Virus record (IMG/VR): IMGVR_UViG_3300035208_002606 | DNA: 64,000 nt | Strand: one strand, 5' to 3' | Source: a virus | Taxonomy: Duplodnaviria > Heunggongvirae > Uroviricota > Caudoviricetes | In this document: piece by piece, positions 18,457 through 26,469 of the stretch | How the letters are laid out: the number at the start of each line of letters is the position of its first letter | How positions within the stretch are numbered: the first letter of the stretch is position 1 | Notes under the pieces: model-generated | Told to the model about the DNA's origin: nothing | What the model saw: the letters and a program-made list of their open reading frames with translations, nothing else | Databases searched by the model: none | Program-made: the position numbers and the translations under genes

Positions 18457-19111
18457 TGGTTATTAGTTAAGGTTTTCGGTGAACCTCCTAAGGTCGTACA
18501 GCGACCAAGGGTTATCGTACGTAAAAACCGAATTGGAATAGAGTAGGTTGGGGAAAGACGCCTAGGGTCTCCTGACCGAATTGGCTTTTGTGTCGTTGTG
18601 CCGCACCCACTTGATATCGTGGGCAGAGAAAACAACGGCTTGGAGTTCTTTGCCGTTATCCACCAATTCCATCGGCAGATAGGGTTGGTATTAAAAAATC
18701 AACGGCTTCCAATTTGATTTTACTGATTCTTTAAAAGAATCGGAAAACATAAAATGAGGCTTTCCGTTGTGCCATCCATCACCAAGTACCTAGAGTCGGG
18801 TTAATGGGAAAACAACGGGTTTCATTTTATTATCCTTGTTGTCCTTTATTGAGGTTAGCGGTGAGCCGCAAGAAGTGGTACTCGGAACTCCAATCCTAGC
18901 ACCTATGCTTGAAAAACCGCTGAGGTCAATGGCATTAATTTAGCAATGTATATATTGAGGCGAGAACGGGAGTAGAAATTGGGTTCTCCCTAATTCTGAC
19001 CTATTCCCATTCTCACTTCAAGCATTACTATCGCAGGAGGGAGGTCAATATCTCAGGTGGTTTCATATGCCATCTTAAAGTCGTGTAACTCGGCTTCCTG
19101 CTAGAAAATTA

Positions 19112-19188
19112 TCGCAGAGTATCCTAGTGGCTAAGGAATGAGTTTCATAAACTCGGAGCCGAAGGTTCGAATCCTTCCTCTGCGACCA
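19112..19188 (+). tRNA. tRNA-Met(CAT), CCA encoded
   Basis: Acceptor tcgcaga/tctgcga, loop ttcataa, T-arm gaaggttcgaatccttc. Confidence 0.7.
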
Positions 19189-19198
19189 AAGCAATTTT

Positions 19199-19287
19199 AC
19201 CGAAGGACGGTAGCCCCGTTTCCGCAAGAATAGGCATCGGCTAGCAAAACTATTCCATAGGAATGAGAGTAGCCTCTCATCTTCGGT
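19199..19287 (+). ncRNA. family-E-like element (divergent)
   Basis: accgaag/cttcggt termini, 3' hairpin tgaga-gtagcc-tctca, T-tract. Confidence 0.3.
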
Positions 19288-19294
19288 TTTTTAT

Positions 19295-19365
19295 GGCCCT
19301 ATCGGCTAATAGTAGGCCGCTTCCCTTTCAAGGAAGAAACGTCGGAGCGTAACCGGCTAGGGCTA
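19295..19365 (+). tRNA. tRNA-Glu(TTC)-like, non-canonical T-loop agcgtaa
   Basis: Acceptor ggcccta/tagggct, anticodon stem cttcc/ggaag, loop ctttcaa. Confidence 0.45.
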
Positions 19366-19378
19366 CTTAATTTTTTTC

Positions 19379-19449
19379 GTCCCTATCGGCTAATAGTAGG
19401 CCACTTCACTCTCAATGAAGAAACCTCAGAGCGTAACTGAGTAGGGATA
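19379..19449 (+). tRNA. tRNA-Glu(CTC)-like, tandem paralog of preceding
   Basis: Acceptor gtcccta/tagggat, loop ctctcaa, T-arm ctcag-agcgtaa-ctgag. Confidence 0.45.
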
Positions 19450-19466
19450 CTTAGCAATTTTATGTA

Positions 19467-19610
19467 TGGAGCGGGTCTTGAAAAACACAAGAACGTCTCG
19501 GAAAATAGGGGTTGAAGGCACCCCAACGATACGGGTAACGAAAAAAGGAGCAGTAGCCCTTTACAACCTATAAAGGGGACTTCCTTATGGGTGAAATTCC
19601 CATCGCTCCA
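19467..19610 (+). ncRNA. family-E-like element (divergent)
   Basis: tggagcg/cgctcca termini, 3' hairpin atggg-tgaaatt-cccat. Confidence 0.3.
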
Positions 19611-19623
19611 CTTGCAATTTTAT

Positions 19624-19751
19624 GCGCGGGGTCCGATTGGGTGACATTCCCACGAACTAGTTTCGCCATCAGGGAGTGATGCCCCAAAGTGGTGCAACGA
19701 AAAAGGTGAGGAAATCGCATCCCTTTAGACGGTGGAACTCCGTCCCTGCGC
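19624..19751 (+). ncRNA. family-E-like element (divergent)
   Basis: gcgcgggg/ccctgcgc termini, 3' hairpin gacgg-tggaact-ccgtc. Confidence 0.3.
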
Positions 19752-19765
19752 TTTTAAATTTTTAA

Positions 19766-19836
19766 GCCCGATTAGTTTAAAAGTAAAACGCAATCCTGAT
19801 AAGGTTGATACGGTGGAGCGTTACCATCATCGGGCA
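19766..19836 (+). tRNA. tRNA-Ile(GAT), non-canonical class
   Basis: Acceptor gcccgat/atcgggc, AC stem caatc/ggttg, loop ctgataa, T-loop agcgtta. Confidence 0.45.
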
Positions 19837-19840
19837 TTTA

Positions 19841-19925
19841 TGCCGTAGTAGTCTAGCAGCAATGACAGCAGACTGTAAATCTGCCCCTCGTAAGAGGTTC
19901 GTAGGTGCGAGTCCTTCCTGCGGCA
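19841..19925 (+). tRNA. tRNA-Tyr(GTA), class II, non-canonical T-loop
   Basis: AC arm gcaga-ctgtaaa-tctgc, variable hairpin cctc-gtaa-gagg, acceptor gccgtag/ctgcggc. Confidence 0.5.
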
Positions 19926-20253
19926 CTTTGTTTTGTTCTTTAGTCAGTCCACCTTGAGAGAGATACGCTTCAGCGGCTCTCTAAGTTTTGTCCGTCTTTA
20001 TTAGACAGATGGGCTTGTGGACGCTTTAGAATTCGTTGGCGGTGTGTAGGGCGTGTAGTTTTGAATGCGACTAGACAAACGGATGCCCTATGTCAGCGAA
20101 GATAAATTATAATTAGATATTAATTAGAATGGGAACCTTAGGGCGTTGAATTGTGTCGCAGGGTCAATTGCTCTAAGGGGATGAGTTTGGATTAACGGGC
20201 GGTGGAGCCGACCATTGTTTAGGCGTTGAAGCCGCCCGAAATTTTTGTCGTGT

Positions 20254-20324
20254 AGCCGCATAAGTTAAAGGCAAACTGGTTCACTTATAATGGACTCATC
20301 CTAGTTCGATTCTAGGTGCGGCTA
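20254..20324 (+). tRNA. tRNA with anticodon TAT (Ile-like)
   Basis: Acceptor agccgca/tgcggct, D-arm agtt-aaaggca-aact, loop cttataa, T-arm cctag-ttcgatt-ctagg. Confidence 0.4.
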
Positions 20325-20574
20325 GTTTTGTATTATCCAAAGGGAATGAATGGACGGAGTAATTAACCGAAAGTTTATTTTCCTTTGAATGAGATAAAGG
20401 GAGTCTAGATTCCCTTTTGAAGAGGATACCCTTTCGTCTAGTGGTTAGGACGGCGGCGCATTGCCGTTAACTTGGGTTCGAATCCCAACAGGGTTTTAGG
20501 ATGGCGGTTTGGGAGTTCATCTGTCTAGACAGAAGAATGTAAGTCCGTCTCCCCTCTTCTTTTTTATTTCAAAG

Positions 20575-20585
20575 TGTGGTATAAT
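20575..20585 (+). promoter_or_regulatory. extended -10 promoter upstream of tRNA-Ala
   Basis: gtgtggtataat. Confidence 0.55.
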
Positions 20586-20593
20586 AGAAGTAT

Positions 20594-20669
20594 GGGCGAT
20601 GGGACTGCTTGGGGTGGTCGCCTCACTTGCAATGAGGATATCAGGCGAGTTCGAATCTCGCATCGTCCA
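20594..20669 (+). tRNA. tRNA-Ala(TGC)
   Basis: Acceptor gggcgat/atcgtcc, AC arm cctca-cttgcaa-tgagg, T-arm gcgag-ttcgaat-ctcgc; extended -10 promoter 9 nt upstream. Confidence 0.65.
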
Positions 20670-20721
20670 CATTTTGAACCTAAATATTTTTCAAAACACT
20701 AAATAATAGTAAAGGTTCAAA

Positions 20722-21783
20722 ATGAAACAACGGCAAGGGATGAGTTATTCTGAGGCGGGGAAATTAGGAGCAAAAATAGGTTGTGAAATTGTTCAAAACA
20801 AATGGCAAAAAATTATCAAGGAATATGATAAAAACCCAAATCATTGTATAGTTTGTAATAAATCATTATCTTATTACAAACGTAATAAACAATTTTGCGG
20901 TTCTTCTTGTTCAGCAACTTATAATAACCAACATAGATTTTTTAAACCATCGGAAGATAAAAGAACAAAAATAATAAAATGTGCTAAATGTGGGAAAGAA
21001 ATAGAAGAAAATATTAGAGCAGGAAAAAATACAAAGTGCAGTAATTGTAAAACACAAATAAAAACAATAAAAATTATCAAAATAAATGGCAAAGAAACAA
21101 AAATTATAAGAAAAATAAGAAATCCTAAAATTCCAAAATTATGTAAATATTGTGGTCAGGAAAAATGCTTACGTCCTGATATATGTAGAAAACATCAATT
21201 ATTTCCAGCATTGATAAATTATTTCGGACTTAATAAATCTAAAATAGGAACAATTGATTTTTATGAAGAATTTGATAGAATACGAAATAAACTCATTGAG
21301 GAATATATAAATCAAAAAAGGAGTCTTGTTGAATTAAAGGAAAAATATAACCACCACGATATAAGAAATTTTAACAAACTTTTTGATAGTTTAAAAATTC
21401 CTAAACGAAATAATTCTGATTCCGTAAGAAATGCGGTTTTTAATGGTCGATATAAATTACCATCAGCACAATATCCATATAAACACGGTTGGCATACAAC
21501 TTGGGATAACAAAAAAGTTTTTTATCGTAGTTCTTACGAATTAGATTATGCAAAAGAACTAGATAAACAACAAATAGAATACGAAATGGAAAAATTAAGG
21601 ATACTTTATTGGGACAGCCAAAGACAAATACAACGAGTGGCAATTCCCGACTTTTATTTACCCAAGCAAAATAAAATAGTAGAAATAAAAAGTCCGTGGA
21701 CTTTGGACAAACAAAATATGAAGGATAAGGAAAAAGCATATAAAGAACACGGATATGTATTTGAATTAATTGTTGGAAAATAA
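20722..21783 (+). CDS. PD-(D/E)XK-family endonuclease with N-terminal Cys-rich zinc-finger region
   Basis: C-terminal ...IPDFYLPKQNKIVEIKS (PD...E-x-K); multiple CxxC pairs N-terminally; paralog at 23883. Confidence 0.5.
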   Translation: MKQRQGMSYSEAGKLGAKIGCEIVQNKWQKIIKEYDKNPNHCIVCNKSLSYYKRNKQFCGSSCSATYNNQHRFFKPSEDKRTKIIKCAKCGKEIEENIRAGKNTKCSNCKTQIKTIKIIKINGKETKIIRKIRNPKIPKLCKYCGQEKCLRPDICRKHQLFPALINYFGLNKSKIGTIDFYEEFDRIRNKLIEEYINQKRSLVELKEKYNHHDIRNFNKLFDSLKIPKRNNSDSVRNAVFNGRYKLPSAQYPYKHGWHTTWDNKKVFYRSSYELDYAKELDKQQIEYEMEKLRILYWDSQRQIQRVAIPDFYLPKQNKIVEIKSPWTLDKQNMKDKEKAYKEHGYVFELIVGK

Positions 21784-21787
21784 TCGC

Positions 21788-21858
21788 GCCCCACTAGTTC
21801 AATAGCAGAACGCATCACCTGTAATGATGATATGCGGGTGCAATTCCTGCGTGGGGCT
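21788..21858 (+). tRNA. tRNA-Thr(TGT), C33, non-canonical T-loop tgcaatt
   Basis: Acceptor gccccac/gtggggc, D-arm gttc-aatagca-gaac, AC arm catca-cctgtaa-tgatg. Confidence 0.45.
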
Positions 21859-21863
21859 TTTTT

Positions 21864-21935
21864 GCACACTTAGTTCAATCAGTAGAACATGACCCTCGTA
21901 AAGTCGAAACAGCGGAGCATAACCGTTAGTGTGCT
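21864..21935 (+). tRNA. tRNA-Thr(CGT), non-canonical T-loop agcataa
   Basis: Acceptor gcacact/agtgtgc, D-arm gttc-aatcagta-gaac, loop ctcgtaa. Confidence 0.45.
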
Positions 21936-21947
21936 TTGAAATTTCAT

Positions 21948-22018
21948 GCCGCCGTAGTTCAATGGCAGAACGCTTGTTCGGTAAACAAGAGACAATTGTT
22001 CGATTCAATTCTGCGGCT
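21948..22018 (+). tRNA. tRNA-Thr(GGT)
   Basis: Acceptor gccgccg/ctgcggc, AC arm cttgt-tcggtaa-acaag, T-arm aattg-ttcgatt-caatt. Confidence 0.55.
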
Positions 22019-22112
22019 CCACATTTACATCTATCTCATCTACCATAATCGTGTGTGGCGATTACTGAGAGTAGAAAGAGTTGGGCCATCGTTATGCGTT
22101 GGCCTTTCTGAT

Positions 22113-22207
22113 ATCGACAGAGGCATAAACAATTCAAAATTTATGTCGCATCCTTCGTTTGGGTGCAAGCGTGGTACGTTAGTGTCGGGTTACGCCGACC
22201 TGTCGAT
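22113..22207 (+). ncRNA. family-E element (short)
   Basis: atcgacag/ctgtcgat termini; 3' hairpin gtcgg-gttacg-ccgac. Confidence 0.35.
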
Positions 22208-22220
22208 TTTAATTATGATA

Positions 22221-22417
22221 ACCGACAGCGGCGTGGAAGGACACGCAAGACGAGGTTGTGAATGCTAGGAACTGCGGAATTGTCCACCGCTATCCTTGGC
22301 CTCTTGGTGATGCCCTATTTAATCGGGATGAACTCCGTAGAGAAGCATCATAAGCCCATGAAATGACATGGAACCAAGTGAGAGCATTCTAGTGGGTGTC
22401 GAACCCCACCTGTCGGT
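22221..22417 (+). ncRNA. family-E element
   Basis: accgacag/ctgtcggt; gcgtg-GAAGGA-cacgc; 3' hairpin gtggg-tgtcgaac-cccac; tttttta tail. Confidence 0.4.
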
Positions 22418-22435
22418 TTTTAGCATTTCATAATA

Positions 22436-22603
22436 ACCGCTAGCGGCGTGGAAGGACACGCCCATTATCTAATGAACATCTTAGGCCTAGCCCTTACAGG
22501 TTCGGGATGCGGTTGACGACCACATTGGCTGTGAGTAGGGAAGCAAATGGCAGGGGTAATTACCTGAAAATCTAGGAGTAGGTGTCGAATCCTACCTAGC
22601 GGT
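22436..22603 (+). ncRNA. family-E element
   Basis: accgctag/ctagcggt (compensatory change vs neighbours); gcgtg-GAAGGA-cacgc; gtagg-tgtcgaat-cctac. Confidence 0.4.
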
Positions 22604-22621
22604 TTTTAATTTGATTTTACA

Positions 22622-22801
22622 CTTGACAGCGGCGTGGAAAGCAGACACGCAGTTCATAGTGTGGGAAAAACTTTGGGTTGCAAATGAAAGCATCCTCCCG
22701 AGGACAAGCCCACATGGAAAGGAATGGAAACATTCTGGAATGCGAGGAGTAAGGCAGTAATAAGGGCATCGTAGAGTCGGAGTAGCGTCCGAACTGTCAA
22801 G
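22622..22801 (+). ncRNA. family-E element
   Basis: cttgacag/ctgtcaag; gcgtg-gaaagcaga-cacgc; 3' hairpin tcgga-gtagcg-tccga. Confidence 0.4.
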
Positions 22802-22832
22802 TTTATTTTGCAATTTTAAGAAGGAGGAAAAA

Positions 22833-23258
22833 ATGAATTATCGAAAAAAAGCATTTGAAGCATATCCCCATAAATGCGCTGTATGTGGATATGATAAATA
22901 CCCAGTACTTTTAGAAGTTCACCATAAAGATAAAAATAGGATGAACAATAATTTGGAAAATTTAGTAATTTTATGTATAACACATCACATGGAATTCCAT
23001 CTAGACCGTTTATGGTTAAATAGGAATAAACAGCGCATAGGTATTAATAAAGCAAAAAAACAAGGAAAATATAAAGGTAGGAAAAAGAAATTAACACATG
23101 AAGATTTAATGATAATAAAAGAAAGACTTCTAAATGGAGTAAAAAAAGCAAAAATTGCTAGAGAATTTAAAATTTCTAGAGCAACTTTATATTCATATAT
23201 TGGGTCTTGGGAAGTTACTGTAACTAGGACTATTACTGAAAAAAACATGCTCCCATGA
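22833..23258 (+). CDS. HNH endonuclease with C-terminal resolvase-type HTH
   Basis: CAVCGYD...EVHHKDKNRMNNNLENLVILCITHHMEFH; C-terminal GVKKAKIAREFKISRATLYSY HTH. Confidence 0.7.
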   Translation: MNYRKKAFEAYPHKCAVCGYDKYPVLLEVHHKDKNRMNNNLENLVILCITHHMEFHLDRLWLNRNKQRIGINKAKKQGKYKGRKKKLTHEDLMIIKERLLNGVKKAKIAREFKISRATLYSYIGSWEVTVTRTITEKNMLP

Positions 23259-23420
23259 TGTAATAGACAGCAACATACGCTTCGAACGTATGAGTTCGGG
23301 TGCAAATCCTGATGGGAGTGCTAGCATTATTAGATGGTGATAGGGGGCAACACCAACAAGTGCAGAACAGTCCGCTTCGAAAGAAGAAAGGAACATGACG
23401 GCTTGCTAAAGTCCCCTTTA

Positions 23421-23493
23421 AGCGAATTTGATGTAACAGTTAGCATCTGACCTTGCCAAGGTTAGCGTAAGGGTGCGAATCCCTTAATTCGCT
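23421..23493 (+). tRNA. tRNA-Gly(GCC), non-canonical T-loop tgcgaat
   Basis: Acceptor gcgaatt/aattcgc, D-arm gatg-taacagttag-catc, loop ttgccaa. Confidence 0.5.
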
Positions 23494-23499
23494 CTTTAT

Positions 23500-23584
23500 G
23501 ACAAGATGGCAGAGCGGTTTATTGTGGCAGTCTCGAAAACTGTTGGGTGTAACAGCCCCGAAAGTTCGAATCTTTCTCTTGTCG
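23500..23584 (+). tRNA. tRNA-Ser(CGA), class II
   Basis: Acceptor gacaaga/tcttgtc+G73, AC arm gcagt-ctcgaaa-actgt, long variable arm, T-arm gaaag-ttcgaat-ctttc. Confidence 0.65.
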
Positions 23585-23590
23585 AAGTAT

Positions 23591-23664
23591 GCACTCGTAC
23601 CGCAGAGGTTTAACGGGGCGGTCTGCAAAACCGTTATTCATTGGTTCGAATCCAATCGAGTGCT
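23591..23664 (+). tRNA. tRNA-Cys(GCA)
   Basis: Acceptor gcactcg/cgagtgc, loop ctgcaaa, T-arm attgg-ttcgaat-ccaat. Confidence 0.65.
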
Positions 23665-23678
23665 TTTTGAAATTTTAT

Positions 23679-23746
23679 GCGGGTATCGTCCAATAGTAGG
23701 ACTTCAGATTTCCACTCTGAAAATCTCGGCGCACATCCGGGTATCC
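23679..23746 (+). tRNA. tRNA-Gly(TCC), non-canonical T-loop
   Basis: Acceptor gcgggta/tatccgc, D-arm gtcc-aatagta-ggac, AC arm tcaga-tttccac-tctga. Confidence 0.45.
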
Positions 23747-23763
23747 GCTCTTTTATTATTTTA

Positions 23764-23838
23764 TGGCCTTGTGGCGCAACTGGATAACGCGTTGACCTGT
23801 TAAGTCAAGGATTGGTCGTTCAAATCGACTCAAGGCCG
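23764..23838 (+). tRNA. tRNA-Asn(GTT)
   Basis: Acceptor ggccttg/caaggcc, AC arm ttgac-ctgttaa-gtcaa, T-loop ttcaaat; followed by T9 run. Confidence 0.65.
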
Positions 23839-23882
23839 TTTTTTTTTGACTTGAACCTTTATCAAAAACAATAAATATAGTT

Positions 23883-24875
23883 ATGAGAAAGGTTCGAAAC
23901 AAACATATATGTAAAAACTGTCAAAAAGAATTTATTCCCAAACAAGAAGCATTTTATAAATTTTGTTGTCAATCGTGTGCGGCTACTTATAATAATCAAC
24001 ATAGAATTTTTAAACCATCAGAAGACAAAAGAACAAAAATAATAAAATGCGCTAAATGTGGTAAAGAAATAGAAGTAAATATTAGGTCTGGTAAAAATAC
24101 AAAATGTGCCGATTGCAAAGAATATGTAAAAATTATCATCCCATCTACTAAAGGAAAAAGGTGGATAAAAAAGAAAACAATAAGAAATCGTAAAATTTAT
24201 CCATGTAAATATTGTGGGCAAGAAAAATGTTTACGGCCTGATATTTGTAAAAGATATCGTTTATTTCCTCGGCTTATAAAATATTTTGGATTGGACGAAA
24301 CCAAAATAGGAACAATTGAAATTTATGAAGAATTTGACCGCATAAGAAATAAACTCATTGAGGAATATTGGGACAAATTAACACCAATGGGTGATATTTG
24401 TAAACAATATAATTATTATGATAATGTTAGTAATTTTGCCTTTATTTTTAAATACCTAGACATCCCAAAAAGAACCCTTTCCGAAGCAGTAAGATTAAAT
24501 ATCAAAAATGGCAAATGCGTATCAACCCAAATAAACAACCAACGACCATATAAACACGGTTGGCACACTACTTGGGATAACAAACAGGTTTTTTACAGAA
24601 GTTCTTACGAATTAGATTATGCAAAAGAACTAGACGAACAAAAAATAGAATACAAAATGGAAAATCTTCGAATCCTTTATTGGGATAGCCAAAGACAAAT
24701 ACAACGAGTGGCAATTCCCGACTTTTATTTACCCAAGCAAAATAAAATAGTAGAAATAAAAAGTAAATTTACTTATAACGAACAAAATATGAAAGATAAA
24801 TTTAAATTTTATAAAGAACATGGATATAAAGTTAAACTAATTTTAGAACATAAAGAAATATTTATAGATTCATAA
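23883..24875 (+). CDS. PD-(D/E)XK-family endonuclease with N-terminal zinc-finger region (paralog of 20722-21783)
   Basis: Same C-terminal block ...YKHGWHTTWDNK...RVAIPDFYLPKQNKIVEIKS; CxxC pairs. Confidence 0.5.
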   Translation: MRKVRNKHICKNCQKEFIPKQEAFYKFCCQSCAATYNNQHRIFKPSEDKRTKIIKCAKCGKEIEVNIRSGKNTKCADCKEYVKIIIPSTKGKRWIKKKTIRNRKIYPCKYCGQEKCLRPDICKRYRLFPRLIKYFGLDETKIGTIEIYEEFDRIRNKLIEEYWDKLTPMGDICKQYNYYDNVSNFAFIFKYLDIPKRTLSEAVRLNIKNGKCVSTQINNQRPYKHGWHTTWDNKQVFYRSSYELDYAKELDEQKIEYKMENLRILYWDSQRQIQRVAIPDFYLPKQNKIVEIKSKFTYNEQNMKDKFKFYKEHGYKVKLILEHKEIFIDS

Positions 24876-24889
24876 TATGTTTTTATGTC

Positions 24890-24973
24890 GCTGAAGTGGT
24901 GGAAAGGTTTACACGCCGTCTTGAGGTGGCGGTGTCGAAAGGCATGAGCGTTCGAATCGCTCCTTCAGCACCA
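24890..24973 (+). tRNA. tRNA-Leu(GAG), class II, CCA encoded
   Basis: Acceptor gctgaag/cttcagc, loop ttgaggt, T-arm gagcg-ttcgaat-cgctc. Confidence 0.65.
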
Positions 24974-25096
24974 ATGTAATATTAATGAATGGTGATAAGC
25001 GAATGGTCGCCAGGTCGCACCTGAGTAGGTTCGATTCCTACGATTGCCGTGGTCGGTGCGGGGTTCGATTCCCCAATCGCCATTCATTCTTTTTAT

Positions 25097-25169
25097 GGCA
25101 AGGTCGCTTACGTGGTCATAGCGTCCCGCTGAAGACGGGAAAATGGGTGTTCGATTCACCCCCTTGCCA
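25097..25169 (+). tRNA. tRNA-Phe(GAA)
   Basis: Acceptor ggcaagg/ccttgcc, AC arm tcccg-ctgaaga-cggga, T-arm gggtg-ttcgatt-caccc. Confidence 0.65.
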
Positions 25170-25203
25170 TCGTCTATTTTACTAAATACTGTTAGAGGAC
25201 GAT

Positions 25204-25704
25204 ATGAAATTTAGAAAAGTAGAAGAATTATCCGATATCGAAATGATGAATAAAACTTCACGCCCTGATGATTATACATCGGTAACGACAAAGTTTATTC
25301 TTAGCACATTCAAACCCGAACAAGGTTTGACTTTCTTGGATTACGGAGCAGGAAAGAAGGCTACCCAAACAAAAAAATTATTGGAAGCAGGATACGATGT
25401 TACTGCTTATGAAATGGGTGGCAACGTAACTGAATTACATGATAAAAACGCATTAAATAAAAAATACGATGTCGCCTTCGCCTCTAATGTTTTGAATGTT
25501 CAACCAACAATGACATTAATCCGTCAAATGCTTGTAGAAATGAGCCTATCTTCAAAAAAATATATCATTATGAACTACCCAAGTTCACCTAGAAAGTTTA
25601 GAGACCATTTTATCAACAACAAAGAAATGAAAAAAATTATCGAAGATAACCTTGAGGGGGAAGTTAAAGTTTACCCCAACACAATTTTCGTTTATCAAAA
25701 GTAA
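25204..25704 (+). CDS. small class I SAM-dependent methyltransferase-like protein
   Basis: LTFLDYGAGKK motif I, acidic YE post-I, DVAFASNVLN motif; embedded in tRNA cluster. Confidence 0.5.
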   Translation: MKFRKVEELSDIEMMNKTSRPDDYTSVTTKFILSTFKPEQGLTFLDYGAGKKATQTKKLLEAGYDVTAYEMGGNVTELHDKNALNKKYDVAFASNVLNVQPTMTLIRQMLVEMSLSSKKYIIMNYPSSPRKFRDHFINNKEMKKIIEDNLEGEVKVYPNTIFVYQK

Positions 25705-25716
25705 TTCAAATTTTTT

Positions 25717-25799
25717 GCCGGGGTGGTGTAATGGCAGACACAGCAGACTCAAAATCTGCCGCTCGTATGGGCGTGTGGGTTCAACTCCCTCTCCCGGCA
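25717..25799 (+). tRNA. tRNA-Leu(CAA), class II
   Basis: Acceptor gccgggg/tcccggc, D-arm gtgt-aatggcag-acac, loop ctcaaaa; paralog of tRNA at 29184. Confidence 0.6.
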
Positions 25800-25806
25800 T
25801 TTTCAT

Positions 25807-25877
25807 GGAGTCGTATTTCAACGGAAGAAGGGCTGACTCTTAATCAGTAGATGTGGGTTCGATTCCCGCCGACTTCA
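25807..25877 (+). tRNA. tRNA-Lys(CTT)
   Basis: Acceptor ggagtcg/cgacttc, AC arm gctga-ctcttaa-tcagt, T-arm gtggg-ttcgatt-cccgc. Confidence 0.5.
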
Positions 25878-25892
25878 TTTGCAATTTTATAT

Positions 25893-25963
25893 GGGTCTAT
25901 ATGTCAACGGTAGACGAGTGGGCCTTTAACCCAAAGATGGGGGTTCGATTCCCTCTAGACTCA
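25893..25963 (+). tRNA. tRNA-Lys(TTT)
   Basis: Acceptor gggtcta/tagactc, loop cctttaa, T-arm ggggg-ttcgatt-ccctc. Confidence 0.5.
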
Positions 25964-25971
25964 TTTTTTAT

Positions 25972-26044
25972 GCCCTGTTAGTTCAATTGGACAGAACACA
26001 TCCCTACGAAGGATAAAATGGGGATTCAAATTCCTCACGGGGTA
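25972..26044 (+). tRNA. tRNA-Arg(ACG)
   Basis: Acceptor gccctgt/acggggt, D-arm gttc-aattggaca-gaac, loop ctacgaa, T-loop ttcaaat. Confidence 0.6.
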
Positions 26045-26067
26045 CTTTCTAAAAAATAAATAATAGT

Positions 26068-26385
26068 ATGCAAAAGAAGGTATATCTATTATGGTGGATT
26101 TTATTCGTCAATATCTTGGATATAATCGTAACCTATTATGCATTTCATAACGAATTGCCCGTAAAAGAAATAGGCCCATTGGGGGCAAGCAACTCCGCAC
26201 TCATCTTCGGGTCATTGTTTAATTTGTTTGTTATTTCCCTTTGTTATTATATTGTTAAAACATACAAAAAAACAAAGGCACTAATGTTCAGAATTTTTTC
26301 AGGATTGATTCTTTTTTGGGCAGTATTCGATACCGCCGTAATCATCAATAATTTTTGGGTGATTCTTCAAGTCCTGCGGGGTTAA
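26068..26385 (+). CDS. small integral membrane protein
   Basis: 105 aa, three hydrophobic segments. Confidence 0.4.
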   Translation: MQKKVYLLWWILFVNILDIIVTYYAFHNELPVKEIGPLGASNSALIFGSLFNLFVISLCYYIVKTYKKTKALMFRIFSGLILFWAVFDTAVIINNFWVILQVLRG

Positions 26386-26451
26386 TTCAGCGGCTAGAAT
26401 GTCGGTCCTACAAACCGAACATCGGGGGTTCGAGTCCCTCACCCCGCACCA
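26376..26451 (+). tRNA. tRNA-Val(TAC), CCA encoded
   Basis: Acceptor gcggggt/accccgc, AC arm tcggt-cctacaa-accga, T-arm ggggg-ttcgagt-ccctc. Confidence 0.6.
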
Positions 26452-26469
26452 TTTTTCACTAAATAACAG

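Noticed and set aside
17702-18635. Several 60-134-aa ORFs on both strands (17702-18106, 18024-18302, 18313-18546, 18396-18635)
   Set aside because: No RBS, overlap tRNA-Asp and E elements, and lie in an obviously RNA-structured region.
17500-20500. Group I intron or rRNA fragment in the large non-coding stretch
   Set aside because: No P7/P3 core-like sequences or rRNA-like conserved blocks recognised; elements are 70-260 nt hairpin-bounded units and tRNAs.
20509-20706. 65-aa track ORF
   Set aside because: Fully overlaps the extended -10 promoter and tRNA-Ala(TGC) at 20594-20669; no RBS.
22050-22820. Possible CRISPR array (repeated cagcggcgtggaaggacacgc segments)
   Set aside because: Repeats are irregularly spaced (95-200 nt), the intervening units are themselves structured and share 3' ends, and there are no cas genes; better explained as the family-E structured RNAs.
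24999-25099. tmRNA or selenocysteine tRNA
   Set aside because: No encoded CCA, no tag-peptide reading frame, no TCA anticodon in a plausible loop; left as an unresolved tRNA-like element.
26399-26469. N-terminal extension of ORF 26399-27049 (MSVLQTEHRGFESL...)
   Set aside because: The extension is the translation of tRNA-Val; true start is the MKFK ATG at 26470.
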